A stretch of 64,000 nucleotides of DNA from the human T2T-CHM13v2.0 reference genome, Homo sapiens, in NCBI RefSeq assembly GCF_009914755.1, contig NC_060938.1; one strand, 5' to 3'. The stretch's first letter is position 1. Every line of letters begins with the position of its first letter. Below, in pieces: positions 1 through 15,879 of this stretch. A program made the translations under genes and the position numbers. The notes below the pieces were generated by a model. The model ran no database searches and was not told where the DNA came from. It saw only the letters and a list, made by a program, of their open reading frames with translations.

Positions 1-249
1 TCACACTCACACAATTACTTGCCCCACAATTTTCTTACACCTAATGTTTATCTTAAGAGTAATATATTTGTATATTTAGCATCACGTAAGTAAAAACTAA
101 CAGTCTGTATGAGTTTACAGGCAGAGAGGCCACTTGTTCAAAATATATATGACCAATTTTTAAAAATATTTATTCAGGACTTAGAAATGTGAGATTTCTT
201 ATTATACTACTATGTAATTATTATTATGACCATAAAAAAACCTCTGTAG

Positions 250-450
250 CAAGTAATAATTTACTTGTACATTTTAAAATAACTAAAAATGTTTAATTGG
301 ATTGTCTGTAACACACACAAAACATGCATTACGTAATGAATACCTCATTTACTCTGATGTGATTACAAGTTGTATGCCTGTATGAAAATATTCTATATAT
401 GCCATAAATAGGTAAACAATACTATGTTCCTACAAAAATTTAAAACGTTA
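250..450 (+). mobile_element. L1MA-type LINE-1 3' end fragment
   Basis: Resembles the L1MA1-3 3' UTR (ttgtacattttaaaataactaaaa...ttggattgt...ctgatgtgatt...tgcctgtat...tactatgt...aaaaatttaaaa). Boundaries approximate. Confidence 0.7.
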
Positions 451-1949
451 AACAAATGTACATTTTACCCATTGAAACAATACTCTTAAACCTTTCAGTT
501 TAATGCCACAGGCAAAAGAGATTGCTAGAGAGGTCATTCTACTATGTTACCATCTTTTATCTACATCTTTAACAAGGTGGGACACGTTAAAGTTGGTGAC
601 ATAGCACTTTACTAAATGCAGGTCTTAAAAAGTTTAAAACTATTTCATTTAATTTAAAAGCTAAGTTATCACAGTCTTATAAAAGAATTTTAAAATTCCC
701 TACATTTTATTGCATAAAAGTACAATTGGTAAAACAATTTACTACTAAAACAAAGTTTTCCTCTCACTATAATGCAGAATATCACTCTAAACACATAACT
801 CATGTATCACATGAACAATGTTAAAAGTCAGACATAAAGAGCCTCTCCAATTAGATTTTCAATATGCATCTTACATTTTAATATCCTTACTCTTCCATGG
901 AAAAGTTAATGAATGATGCCTACCTAATAAGAAGGGAATTTCTCAGATTTCTGATGCAACAGAAATTGATGACATGCTTTTAAACAAACAACAGGAAAAA
1001 AGGAACAGCATGAAGCAATTTTACAGTTGAATTACCTTACTATTTGCTTTTCAAAAAATCTACATTTTTTTCAAGGAAAAACGTATACCTTGAATGTAAT
1101 TATAACTCCAAAAAATAATCTTCCACTCCTCTTAAACTTATATACAAATAAATTATCCAACAGTTTTAGCTTTGGATTACTTTCTATACAGAACATTCTG
1201 ATTTAGTGTAACGTCTTAAGTGCCAGTGCCTTAGTTCTTCCTACTGTGAATTTTCTAAAGTTTACAAAGACTTAATTTTGACTAAATATTTTTACACATG
1301 TGTTCCCTCTGCAAAAATATCTTTTATTATAAACTGTGTGGTGTTTTGTAAGCTGTATTTTCTGAAAAAATGTTTTTCCACATTTATTACATTTGTATGG
1401 TTTCCTTCAATATAAATTCTCTGATGCTGAACAAGTTTGAGTAATTCCATTAGAGTTTTCTTCTACCATAAAATCTGTACATTATATAGGGCAAGTAAAG
1501 GTATTACAACCCTCTTTATATTTGTAATATTTGTCTCCAGAATACTCTTTTTTACTTTAAGAGTTTAAATTTTCCAAGGTCTTTCAAAAGTAATTACATT
1601 TATAATAATTTTATTAAGTATGAACTTACTGATGTTGACTATGATGTGAGCAGATAGAAATGGCTTTTCCACACTCTGTATAATTTTTCAAGTATAAATG
1701 CTTTTATGTGTCATGAGGTATGAGCATGTCAGAAGTTTTGACACATTCTTTGTTTGTAGAGATTTTCTCCACTATCAATTATTTTGCCTACAGTAAGATG
1801 TGACAACCATTTAAAAGCCTTGCCACATTGTTCAGTTTTCTGAGGTTTCTCACTGATATTTCTCCAATGCTTAGGAAAGTTTGAGGTGTATTCATAAGCT
1901 CTGCCAAACTTTTTTAGGTTCATAGGCATAATCTTTAGTATGAATTACG

Positions 1950-4438
<2,489 letters not shown>

Positions 4439-5241
4439 TTAAGTGTGTTCAGTGTACCAGTTGAACAAAATGCCACAAGCCACACTGAATGGATAGAAAA
4501 GTTTGTTACATTTGCCCAACACCTTTCCTCCTCCATAATGCAGCATGGCACTTTTAGAAGTAAACTGCAATGCCTGGCATCTTCCTCAACATAGAAAAAA
4601 AAACACTGGCTCATGTATTTTTACTTCTGGCTTCTGGGCACTTTTATAGAGATTTGTTTCTGTCTCCAATGACAAAATGTGTTGAAAGAAATGATGGTAT
4701 ACTTTGAAATAACAGCTTGAGTCTGCTGAGAAGAAAGGTAAATGTTACAGCAACAAACTACAGTACCACAGACATGCAATACATACAGGAAGTAATTACA
4801 GACTGTTAAGAAACACAGGCAAACCCCTTTAACTAAATAATCAACACAAAATTCCACACAAGACACATCATAACATATTTGATAGGCTCCCAGAATCTCT
4901 AGTAGAGACAATTGGTTTCAGACTATGTTAGGACAACACAGCATTATAAAGATTGTGACAGGTACCTGTTTGTTAATGTCCAAATCTCAACCAAAGAGTA
5001 CAATACATACAAAATATTACAGTGACATGGCCTAAGTAAAAAAAAAAAAACAGAAAAAAACCCTCAAAACTGTCAGAAGACAACCATGAAAATGAAGGCA
5101 TACACTTTAATTTTAAAAATTTAACTTACATGGGAACACAGGTAACTAAATAAAATCAGGAAAAAATATAATATCAAGGAAAAGATGAAAAATATAATAG
5201 AAATTATAGAAGTAGAAAATAGAAATAGAAATATTGACTGA

Positions 5242-5527
5242 GGCCAGCTGTAGTGGCTCATGTCTGTAGTCCCAGCACTTTGGAGTTTGAGGCAGGCAGA
5301 TCACTTGAACCTTGGGAGTTCAAGTTTAAACTGGGAAACATGGCAATACTTCTCTTCTATAAAAATTAAAATTAGTCAGGTGTATTGGCACACACCTGTG
5401 GTCCCAGTAAACAGGAGGCTGAGTTAGGAGGACCACGTAAGCCTAGGGAATCCAAGGCTGCAGTAAGCTGCAATCATGCCACTGTACTCAAACCTGGGTG
5501 ACAGAGCAAGACACTCTCTCAAAAAAT
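5242..5527 (+). mobile_element. AluJ-like SINE
   Basis: Dimeric, highly diverged Alu with gaccac/aggctgcagt J-type features and a short A tail. Confidence 0.88.
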
Positions 5528-6865
5528 TAAGAATACCTGAGAAATTCTCAAAAGTAAGAAAATAAGGTTGTAAAAATGAAGAAGCTCAACATACTAAAAC
5601 TAGGAAACTCACAGATCCATAACAAGATATGCAAAGCAAAGCTCCCAAAGTCACAGACAAGAAGAGAATCTCAAATGCTGGAAAATACATAATTATGGTT
5701 CTATGATATAACCAGTGACTCTTTTAACAAAAACCTTACAGGCCAGAAGGAAATTGTGTGCTATAGTCGAGGTGCCAAGTGAAAAATAGCATCTATGTAA
5801 GAATAAGATAACCAGCAAAACAGTGCTACAAAAATGAAGAAAAAGGAAAGACCTCTAAAGATAACCAAATGTGGAAAAATTATATCAATGCTACATGTGC
5901 CCTACAAAAAATGCTGAGAAGAGTCCTCCTACTAAAACTATACGATGCTAAAAAACAAAACTATCATATAAAAATAGGTAGTTTTCTAGGAAAGATATAA
6001 AGATATGCAAATATTATAGAAAAATATCCTGTAGCATTATCATAATACCAAAAAATGTTTTATTTAATTATTCTCTAAAATTTAAAGATAAAAGCTAAAA
6101 ATAATAATGAGCATCTGTTAACAGATATATAACATAAATAGATATGTTTAGTGACATCAATAACTAAGTTGAGGACAGATGTAATAAGAAATAATTTGTG
6201 CATGAACCCGAATTTAAATTTCACCACTTCAAAATATATTGTTGAAATTTTAAGAGGTTTTTATATAATCCTGAAGGCACCCACAAAGAAAATGTCTGTA
6301 TAGATACAAAAAAGGAAGTAAGAAAGAAGTGACAGCCTATCCATACAAAAATTAAAAAGGACACAAAGGAAGATAGAATGAGAAACAGACATACAAGAAT
6401 CATTAAACAATAAAATAACAATAATCTTTTTCTTCAGAAAATAAATATTTTAAAAATAGATTTGCCAATCAATACACATACATTGAATAGAGGGATTATA
6501 TAAAATTTTATATACCAAGATCCAACTTGCCTTTCTTCAAGAGTCACTTGAGATCTATACATTGTAAGTCAACAACTCTCTTATTTTATAAAATATATTT
6601 TATGTCAAAATTCACAAGAGAAAAAAGGTCATTAAACAATAATAAAGATATCATTTATTGAAAACGTATGACAAATATGTGCATACATATATTTATATGT
6701 TTGCATGTGTATGTGTATTTCTCACATTAGGTTTCCAAAAATACAAAGCAAAAATTGACCGAATGAAAGCAACAAATAGAGAGCAATATAATTATAATAA
6801 GATATTTTAATACTTCAATTTCTGCAACGAACAATAAAACAAAACAATATTAATAATGGAAAAGG

Positions 6866-7162
6866 GGTCCAGGTACGGTGGCTCACGCCTGTCATCCCAG
6901 CACTTTGAGAGGCCAAGGCAGGCGATCACGGGGTCAGGAGATGGAGACCATCCTGGCTAACACGATGAAACCCGGTCTCTACTGAAAATACAAAAAAATT
7001 AGCAGGGCATGTTGGCAGGTGCCTGTAATCCCAGGTATTCAGGAGGCTGAGGCAGGAGAATGGCATGAACCCAGGAGGCGGAGCTTGCAGTGAGACGAGA
7101 TCGCACCACTGTACTCCAGCCTGGGTGAGAGTAAGACTCTGTCTCAAAAAAAAAAAAAAAAA
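6866..7162 (+). mobile_element. AluY-like SINE
   Basis: Diagnostic gagaccatcctggctaacac and gaatggcatgaacc...gagcttgcag; long A tail; target-site duplication (TSD) aatggaaaag. Confidence 0.92.
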
Positions 7163-7193
7163 ATGGAAAAGAGAAACTGAAAGCAGTACAGAT

Positions 7194-7477
7194 GGGAACA
7201 AGTGGCTCATGCTTGTAATTCCAGCACTTTGGGAGGCCAATGAAGACAGATTACCTGAGGTAAGGAGTTTGAGACCAGCCTGGCCAACATGGCAAATCCC
7301 CATCTCTACTAAAAATAGCCAGATGCGGTAGCAGGCGCCTTTAATCCCAGCTACTCAGGAGGCTAAGACAGGAGAATTGCTTGAACCAGGGAAGTGGGGT
7401 TTGCAATGAATCGAGATTGTGTCACTGCAATCTAGCCTCGGCGACAGAGCAAGACTCCATCTCAAAAAGAAAAAAAT
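7194..7477 (+). mobile_element. AluS-like SINE
   Basis: Dimeric Alu with acctgagg...gagaccagcctggccaacatgg and an A tail. Confidence 0.9.
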
Positions 7478-8073
7478 ATACAAAGAAAGAAGTATAAAAC
7501 AATATTATGCCTAACAACACCCCTTAACAATAGCAGGGTACAACCATTCTCAATAGCTCACATATATTCTCTTTGACAAACTGCCTGTTAGGCCATGATA
7601 AAAATAAAAACTTACTAAATCTTTAAAAATTGAAATTGATAGATTACTTTTTATGACCAAAATGGAATGAGAGTAGAAATCAACAAAAACAAAACTAAAA
7701 AATTTACAAATACATGAAAATTAAACAACACACTCTTCAGCATGATCAAAGGGTAAAATAATTAATATTCAGCGTGATCAAAGAGTAAAATAATTAATAT
7801 TGGAAGATGCCCATACTGCTCAGTGTAATCTACAGATTTAATGCAATCCCTTTCAAATATCTAATTTTATTTTAGAAGAAATAGAAAAAGCATCACCAAA
7901 ATTATATGAAATTTTAAGAAACAATGAAACACCCAATAATCTTCAAAGAGAGGAACAACCTTGGAGGCATCACAACTCCCTGATTTCAAAACACATTGTA
8001 TAGACTTAAAACAATTTGGTTTCGTTATAAAAAGTGAACTAGACCAAATAAACAGAATGTAGTATCATTATAA

Positions 8074-8413
<340 letters not shown>

Positions 8414-8558
8414 TGCACATCCATAATTTTTACAGCATTGTTATTGACAGGCAATAGGTGAAAGCAATGCAAATTTTTCTCCCCAGATTACTGGATAAAT
8501 ATAATTTGAAACATAAAAATAATGGAATATTACTCAGTATTTAAAAACAGGAAATACA

Positions 8559-8847
8559 GGTGGGGCACACTGGCTCACACTTGTAATCCCAGAACTTTGG
8601 GAGGCCGAGGTGGGTGAATCACCTGAGTTTGGGAGTTCGAGACCAGCCTTTCCAACATGGAAAAACCCTGTCTCTACTTACAAAAATTAGCCGGGCATGG
8701 TGGTGCATGCCTGTAATCCAAGCCTCCTCTCAGGAGGCTGAGGAAGGAGAATGGCTTGAACTTGGGAGGCGGATATTGTGGTGTGCTGAGATCGCTGCAC
8801 TGCACTCCAGCCTGGGCAACAAGGGTGAAACTCCGTCTAAAAAAAAA
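8559..8847 (+). mobile_element. AluSp/Sq-like SINE
   Basis: gggagttcgagaccagcc and ggcaacaagggtgaaact; TSD about aggaaata. Confidence 0.9.
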
Positions 8848-9560
8848 GGAAATATTCTCACAACCATAATAAACTTTCATGAAATTATGCAAAATAACAT
8901 AGGTCAGCCACAAAAAATACTGTATGAATCCACTTACATGAGATATTTAAAGCAGTTAGACTCAAAAACAGGAAAACAGAATTGTTCATAAAGGGCCAGA
9001 AAATGGGAGAAATGAGTAGTTGTTTAATGTGTATTCAGTTTTAGTTTTGCAAGACAAAAACATTCTAGAGATATATTGTATAATAATGTCCAAATAATTA
9101 ATATAAACTACACACTTCTTTTAAATTAAGATTCTAAATTTTATGTTCTTGATAATTAAAAATAAACAGTAATAATACCTAAAAAAGGGACTAAATTGAT
9201 AGTTTTTAAAATTACCTTCAAATCAAAAAAGTGTTTCTCCTACACAAAAATAAATTCCCAAATAGATACTAGAAGTAGGAGAGTTTTTATGACTACTCAG
9301 ATAAAACCATCATTGATCACTCACAAACATACAAGTCATAAACAATACAGAAATAATATGTGTATACACAAACAAATAAATTATTATATTAGTTATAGAC
9401 ATATGACTGATTCGTATTTAACTTTGGCTCCACACTGTCTTAAAGTGTACAGAGTTGAATATTGTCATTCACAATTATCATACAAAATAAAAACTAAAAA
9501 CACAATTAACTGATGTGAGGTGGCGTACTCCAAAATATGAAACAAAAAAGAAATAAAACT

Positions 9561-9886
9561 GGTTGGGCGTGGTGGCTCACGCCTGTAATCCCAGCACTTT
9601 GGGAGGCTGAGGGGGGCGGATCACGAGGTCAGGAGATCGAGACCATCCTGACTAACACGGTGAAACCCCGTCTCTACTAAAAAATACCAAAAATTAGCTG
9701 GGCATGGTGGCGGGCACCTGTAGTCCCAGCTACTCAGGAGGCTGAGGCAGGAAAATGGCGTGAACCTGGGAGGCAGAGCTTGCAGTGAGCGGAGATCGTG
9801 CCACTGCACTCCAGTCTGGGCGACAGAGCCAGACTCCATCTCAAAAAATATATATATAAAATAAAGTGAAATGAAATAAAATAAAA
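9561..9886 (+). mobile_element. AluY-like SINE with degenerate (AAAAT)n tail
   Basis: gatcacgaggtcaggagatcgagaccatcctg...aacacggtgaaaccccg and tggcgtgaacc. Confidence 0.93.
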
Positions 9887-10206
9887 TTGCAAAACAAAAT
9901 GAAAACATGGAATGTTAAACTTACTGAACACCATTAACTAGATTACTACGTTTGGAAAAGAAATCTTAGAAGACAAATGTAGGGAAAAAGTAGTAGAGGG
10001 GTTATTTGAAGATAAAAGAGGATGAGAACTTTCCAAATTTTTATGTGATAAAAGAAAAACTAATACCAATCAATACTGTTTGCTTTGAAATTATTTGGAA
10101 TTATTCTGGAATTAAAAATAAGGAAACAATAAAGAACTTACAAAATAAACAAAAGGTGAAGGTATTTATCACCACTGGCATGGTCCCACAAGAAATGCTA
10201 CATGGT

Positions 10207-10322
10207 GGCCAGGCACCAGTGGCTCATGTCTGTAATCCCAGAGACTTGGGAGGCCAAGGCAGGCAGATTAGTTGAGGCTAAGAGTTCAAGATGAGCCTGA
10301 GTAAAATAGTGAGATGCTGTTT
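10207..10322 (+). mobile_element. Alu left monomer (FLAM or AluJ fragment)
   Basis: ggccaggc...ggctcatgtctgtaatccca...gagttcaag...atagtgaga with no right arm. Confidence 0.8.
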
Positions 10323-10580
10323 ATTTTTTTAATGCCCAAAAGAGTCCATATGTTGAAAAATATAATGATGCTGAACAGTATTAAAAAACTACATGAAACT
10401 ATAAAGCTTTCTGTTAAATGTAAATATATAAACACATATACAATTGTTTACTACCATAATCATGAAGCAAAATTTCTGAAAATTCTGCTGTAGAATTTGA
10501 ACAAAAAAATCTGCATAAATCTGTTAATAGACACACAATATAAAATAATATTTGTAATAATAAAAAACTACAGGATGTAA

Positions 10581-10890
10581 GCTTGGGTGCAATGGCTCAT
10601 GCCTGTAATCCCAGCACTTTGGGAGGCCGAGATGGGTGGATCATGAAGTCAGGAGTTCAAGACCAGCTTGGCTAAGATGATGAAACCCCATCTCTACTAA
10701 AAATATGAAAAATTAGCCAGTCGTAGTGGTGGGTGCCTGTAATCTCAGCTACTCGGGAGGCAGAGGCAGAGCATTGCTTGAACCTGGGAGGCAGAGGTTG
10801 CAGTGAGCCGAGATCACACCACTGCACTCCAGCCTGGGTGACAGAGTGAGACTCCATCTCAAAATCAAAACAAAACAAACAAACAAAAAA
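10581..10890 (+). mobile_element. AluSg-like SINE
   Basis: Full dimer with a (CAAA)n tail; TSD actacaggatgtaa on both sides. Confidence 0.92.
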
Positions 10891-11799
10891 ACCACTACAG
10901 GATGTAAAGAGGTATAGTTTTTGTATTCAACTGAAGTTATGACATAGTAATATAGTTATAACTTTAAAATGTTTTACATAATCTCCAATTACCAAAATAA
11001 TTACAAGTTTATAGAAAGTATGCAATACAAAATGAGAAAGGAAACAAAGCATAACACTACAAAATCAAAAAAGCAAAAATTAAGACAGTAAAATAGGAAA
11101 TTATGGAAAACATCTCTACAAGAAACACAGAAAATAATAACAATCAAAATGGTAATAGTAACTTCATTTCTCTAAGGAATCATTTTAAATGTAAATTGAT
11201 TAAACTAATAGTAAGAAATTAAATGGCTGAATGGAATAAGAACAAACAAAATTACACAATATGCAACAAATCACACAATATTCTTGTTTGAACTTGGTGT
11301 ACTCTGTTAGGACATGTAACAAGCCTTATTAAGTTTAAGAAGACTAATCAGATGTGGTGGCTCATGCCTGTAGCCCCAGCACTTTGAGAGGCCAGGACTG
11401 GAAGATTGCTTGAGACCAGGATTTCAAGAGACTCACTTTAACTTTGAGTCAAATAGGTTGAAAGAAAGAGAATGAAAAAACATATTCCATGCAAAATTAT
11501 CCACAATTAAGTGAGGTGGTCATAATTATATTAAACAAAATATGCTGTAAATCAAAAACTAGCATGAGGTAAAGATTGTTACTATATAATGATAACATTG
11601 ATCATTTACCAGGAATCTATAACTATGATATTTATTTAAAAGATCAGTGTTCCAAAATTATATAAAGCTAATATTGACAGAAGTGAAGCAAAAAATACAT
11701 AGCAACATAATAATTACAGACATTAAGACCCCACTTTAATAATGAGTGAAAGTTTAGATAAAACATCAATGAGAACAAAACCTGGATGACATTATAAAT

Positions 11800-12211
11800 T
11801 GTATTAATTGATTTTGTATTGCAATAAGTACCTAAGACTGTGTAATTTATAAAGAAAAAAGATTTATTTTCTTCATAGTTATGCACAATGTACAATAAGT
11901 GTGGTGCCAGCTTCTGCATCTGGTGAGGGTCTAAGTAAGCTTACAATCATGATGAAGGCAAAGAGAAACCAGATATATTGCATGGGGAGAGAGAGAGCAA
12001 GCGTGAAAAGAAAGTGCCAGGTTCTTTAAGCACGCAGCTCTCATGTGAATTAACAGAGTAAGAACTCATTGATCACCAAGGGGATGGTGCAAAATCATTT
12101 ACAAGAGATTTTCCCCCATGACCCAAACACATCACACAAGGATTCACGTCCTACATTGGGAATCCCATTTCAACATGAGATTTGAAGGCTACAAACATCC
12201 AAATCATATCA
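11800..12211 (-). mobile_element. MaLR solo LTR (MSTB-like)
   Basis: TG...CA termini, about 410 bp, with typical motifs ctaagactg-gtaatttataaagaaaa, ttacaatcatg, tttcaacatgagattt and acaaacatccaaa-catatca. Confidence 0.85.
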
Positions 12212-12340
12212 TAGACCAACTACAAATTAAAAATATGTACAGGAATCTCCAGTAAAAGGAACAGATCACACAATATTCTTGCTTGAACTTGGTGCATTCT
12301 GTTGGGACACATAAAAAGTATTATTAAGTTTAAGAAGACT

Positions 12341-12645
12341 GGCCAGGTGTGGTGGCTCATGCCTGTAGCCCCCAGCACCTTGGGAGAAAAAACCACTCGA
12401 GACCAGGATTTCAAAACCAGCCTTGGCAATATAGTGAGAACCCGCATTTCTACAAAAAAATCAAAAAACTAGCCAGACGTGACAGCACACGTATGTAGTC
12501 CCAGCTACTTGGGATGCTCAGGTGGGAAGATTATTTGAGCCTCGGAGGTTGAGGCTGCAGTGAGCCAAGATTGTACCACTAGCACTCCAGCCTGAGTGGC
12601 TCAGTGAGAATCTGTCTGTCAATAACAACAAAAATAAATAAATAA
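12341..12645 (+). mobile_element. AluJ-like SINE
   Basis: Dimer with atagtgaga and gaggctgcagtgagcc; approximate TSD ttaagaagac/ttaagatgac. Confidence 0.88.
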
Positions 12646-14002
12646 CTTTAAGATGACCAAAATTATACAGTTATGTTTTCTGACTAAAATAAAATGATAC
12701 TAGACATCAAAATCAAGAGATAAACTGGCAAATTCAAAAATATATGGAAATAAAACACACTTTTTAATATATTCTTGCTCAAGGTCCAGATAATTTAATC
12801 AAAATGTGAAAACAACTCACAGTGGTGAAGAAATTCCAATGGTACATTGTTGACCAGAAATATTGTTTAAAAATTTTTAAATTGATTATGAGCTAAAACT
12901 AGCCAAACACCCATGAAAAAGAACAAAGAGGCATTATATTTCCTGATTTCAAAGTATATTAAAAAGCAACAATAAACAAAAGCAATGTGGTACTAACAGA
13001 GACAAATAAACAGATGATGGAACAAAATATCCCAGAAATGAACCCTTCTTTATATAATCAAATAATCTTCCACAAAGTTGCCATGACTACACAACAGAGA
13101 AAAGACAATCTCTTCAACAAATGATGTTGAAAACTGAGTATCTACACTGAAAAAAATAAAGTTGGATTATTTTCTTGCACATTTTAAATAAAATAATGAA
13201 ACTAAAAAACATATAATTAATACAACTCTTAGAAGAAAAAAATAGGAAAAATACAGAACACTGGTTTTGAAACTTTTTTGTAGATATGACATCATACTTA
13301 TGAAAAACATAAAAACCCCCAAAATTTAACTATGCTAAACTTAAATATTTTAAGATTTTCTCTGCACAGCAAAGAAAAAATTTAGTAGAATGACAATGTC
13401 ATCAAAGGAATGGGTGAAAATATTCACAAATTTCATGTGATGAGTTAATATTCAGAATGATAAACAACTAAAACTGAACAACAAACACTGAATAAATTGA
13501 TCCAGAAATGGACAAAGAATTGAACTGATACTTAATCAAATATATATATAAGTAGAAAAAAGCACTTAAAATAATGCAAAAAAAGTACCAATTGTAGAGA
13601 AATACAAAACAAAATTACAATCCAAAACAAAACCACCTCATACCCATTAGAATGGCCATGATAAATTTTTAAAATGTCAAATCTGTTGAGGATGTAAAGA
13701 AATTAAAACTCATGTGAATTGTTGGTGGGGAAAAAAGGATGCAACCATCATATTATGAATGTTTCTTAAAAATTAAATTACATAATTCAGGAATTCCACT
13801 TATACACCTATATTCAAATATAAATCATATTATTTGACTGGAATATAAAATATATTTTTATATATTAATACATTTATAAATGGAATCCAAGAATTCCACT
13901 TACAAATCTATATTCAAACATAAATATAAATGTATATTCCAAATATAAATCTATATTCAAACAAAGAATGTGGAAGTTATATTTGAATATATATTTGGAA
14001 GT

Positions 14003-14085
14003 TATATATTTAACCAGTTAATATATATTTAACCAGTTAATATATATTTAACCAGTTAATATATATTTAACCGGTTAAATATATA
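14003..14085. repeat. 19-bp AT-rich minisatellite (TATATATTTAACCAGTTAA) x4 ending in a 26-bp perfect palindrome
   Basis: Copies at 14003, 14022, 14041 and 14060; 14060-14085 reads TATATATTTAACC|GGTTAAATATATA. Confidence 0.9.
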
Positions 14086-14577
14086 ACCTGGAAGTTATAT
14101 ACTTAATATATATAACATTTACATATTAAATATATAAATATTGGTATAATATATTTATTATACCAATATATTATATATAAATATATTATACCAATATTTA
14201 CAAAACCCAAAAGGTAGAAGTAACCCAGATATCCCTTAACGGATAAACAAATTAAAAATGTAACATATACATACAGTGGAATATTATTGAGCCTTAAAAT
14301 AGTAAACCTTGTCACATTCTTACATAAACGTTGAGAATATTATGTCAACTGAAATAAGATAGTAATAAAGTGACAGATACTATATGATTCCATGATATGA
14401 GTCATCGTAAGTAGTCAAATAGAAACAGAACGGAGAATGGTGTTACTCAGGGTCTAAAGAGAGGGTAAAATGGGCAGTTGTTACTTAATGGGTATTAAGT
14501 TTTAATTTTAGAAGACGTAAAAGTTCTACAGGTCTTTACATAACAATGTAAATACTCTTAACGACTAAAATGTACGC

Positions 14578-14867
14578 CTTTTTTGAGGTAGGTTCTCACT
14601 CTGTCCTGCAGGCTGAAATGAAGTCACATAATCTTAGCTCACTGCAGCCTCAACCCTGCATGCACAAGTGAGTCTCCTGCCACGGCCTCACAAGGAGCTA
14701 GGACCACAAGTGGACAACACAACACCTGGCTAATTTTAAAATTTTTGTGGGGATGGGCTCTCTATATGCTGCCCAGGCAGGTCTTAAGTTCCTGGGCTTA
14801 AGCAATGCTTCTGCCTCAGTTTCCCAAAGTGCTGGCATTATAGGCATGAGGCTCCACCACACTCAGC
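14578..14867 (-). mobile_element. AluJ-like SINE
   Basis: Diverged reverse Alu (gctcactgcagcctcaacc; cctgggcttaagcaat; cccaaagtgctgg). Confidence 0.85.
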
Positions 14868-15140
14868 ACTGAAATATAGACTTAAAAAGCTTTAAAATGG
14901 TAAATTTTATATTATGCGTTTTCTCGATTTTTTTTGAAAACAACTAAAAGTGATATACGTCTTTCTATAAATCACAAAATATATAAATATATAAATATAA
15001 ATCACCTTCAAATCACAAAAGTGTTTCTTTCACACGAAGGAAATATATATATTTATCACTAAACACCTGGTGAATATACAACCATTTCTATGACTACTCA
15101 CCTTCACATAGTAAGACAGCTATTGAAAATCAACCAAGAA

Positions 15141-15391
15141 GGCTGTTCGTGGTGGCTCACTCCTGTAATCCCAGAACGTTGGGAAGCCGAGGCAGGTGGA
15201 TCACTTGAGGTCAGGAGGTAGAGATCAGCCTGGCCAATATGGTGAAAACCCGTCTCTACTAAAAATACAAAAAAATTAGCCGGGCATGGTGGCAGGCACC
15301 TATAATCCCAGCTACTCGGGAGGCCGAAGCAGGAGAATTGCTTGAACCTGGGAGGTTGCAGTGAGCAAAGATTGTGCCTCTGCACTCCAGC
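15141..15391 (+). mobile_element. AluS-like SINE, 3'-truncated with no tail
   Basis: The Alu sequence stops at tgcactccagc. Confidence 0.88.
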
Positions 15392-15879
15392 TGTGCCTCT
15401 ACTGTGGCCTGCAGACCTTGGTCTCTACTGCGGCCCCTGAAGGAGTTCAGTGACTCAGTCTCAGCTGTCTTTGCCACAGTTCACAGCAATTCCTGCCAAC
15501 ACAGGAACCCACACAGTGATGTGGAAAAAAAACTTCCAAATACTCAGTGGTAGCCACATTTACCACATCCCGATATAAGGTCCACCATATACACACCCAA
15601 CTGCAGAAATCTGTCCTAGTTTCTGCCCTATAAGTAAAACTCCTGAAGGAAATCCAGCCCACCCAGACATTAGATGGGAGTCACAACAACCAAAGCCCCT
15701 GGTAAAAAGCCACTTGAAGGTGGAATCCACTGCATACCCAGCAGCCTTGTGACACAGTTACACACTCTTCCCTACTACAAGTTCATAGGGCATCCCATTA
15801 CCCTGGGGACCCAACAAAAGAAGATCTGTACCTCCTGAAACTAGTTTATAAAAAGTTAAAGAGCTGTTTTCTTCTTCAA

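Larger units (their letters stand above)
9950..14945 (+). mobile_element. Second block of old L1M (L1MB-like) remnants, interrupted by Alus and an MST LTR
   Basis: ORF1-end, endonuclease-region (aagagactcacttt; atattccatgcaaa) and ORF2 3' motifs; L1MB-like 3' UTR at 14200-14945. Boundaries approximate. Confidence 0.7.

Noticed and set aside
460-1300. Possible additional retrocopy or UTR-derived sequence
   Set aside because: I could not recognise a parent gene or repeat family, so I left it unannotated.
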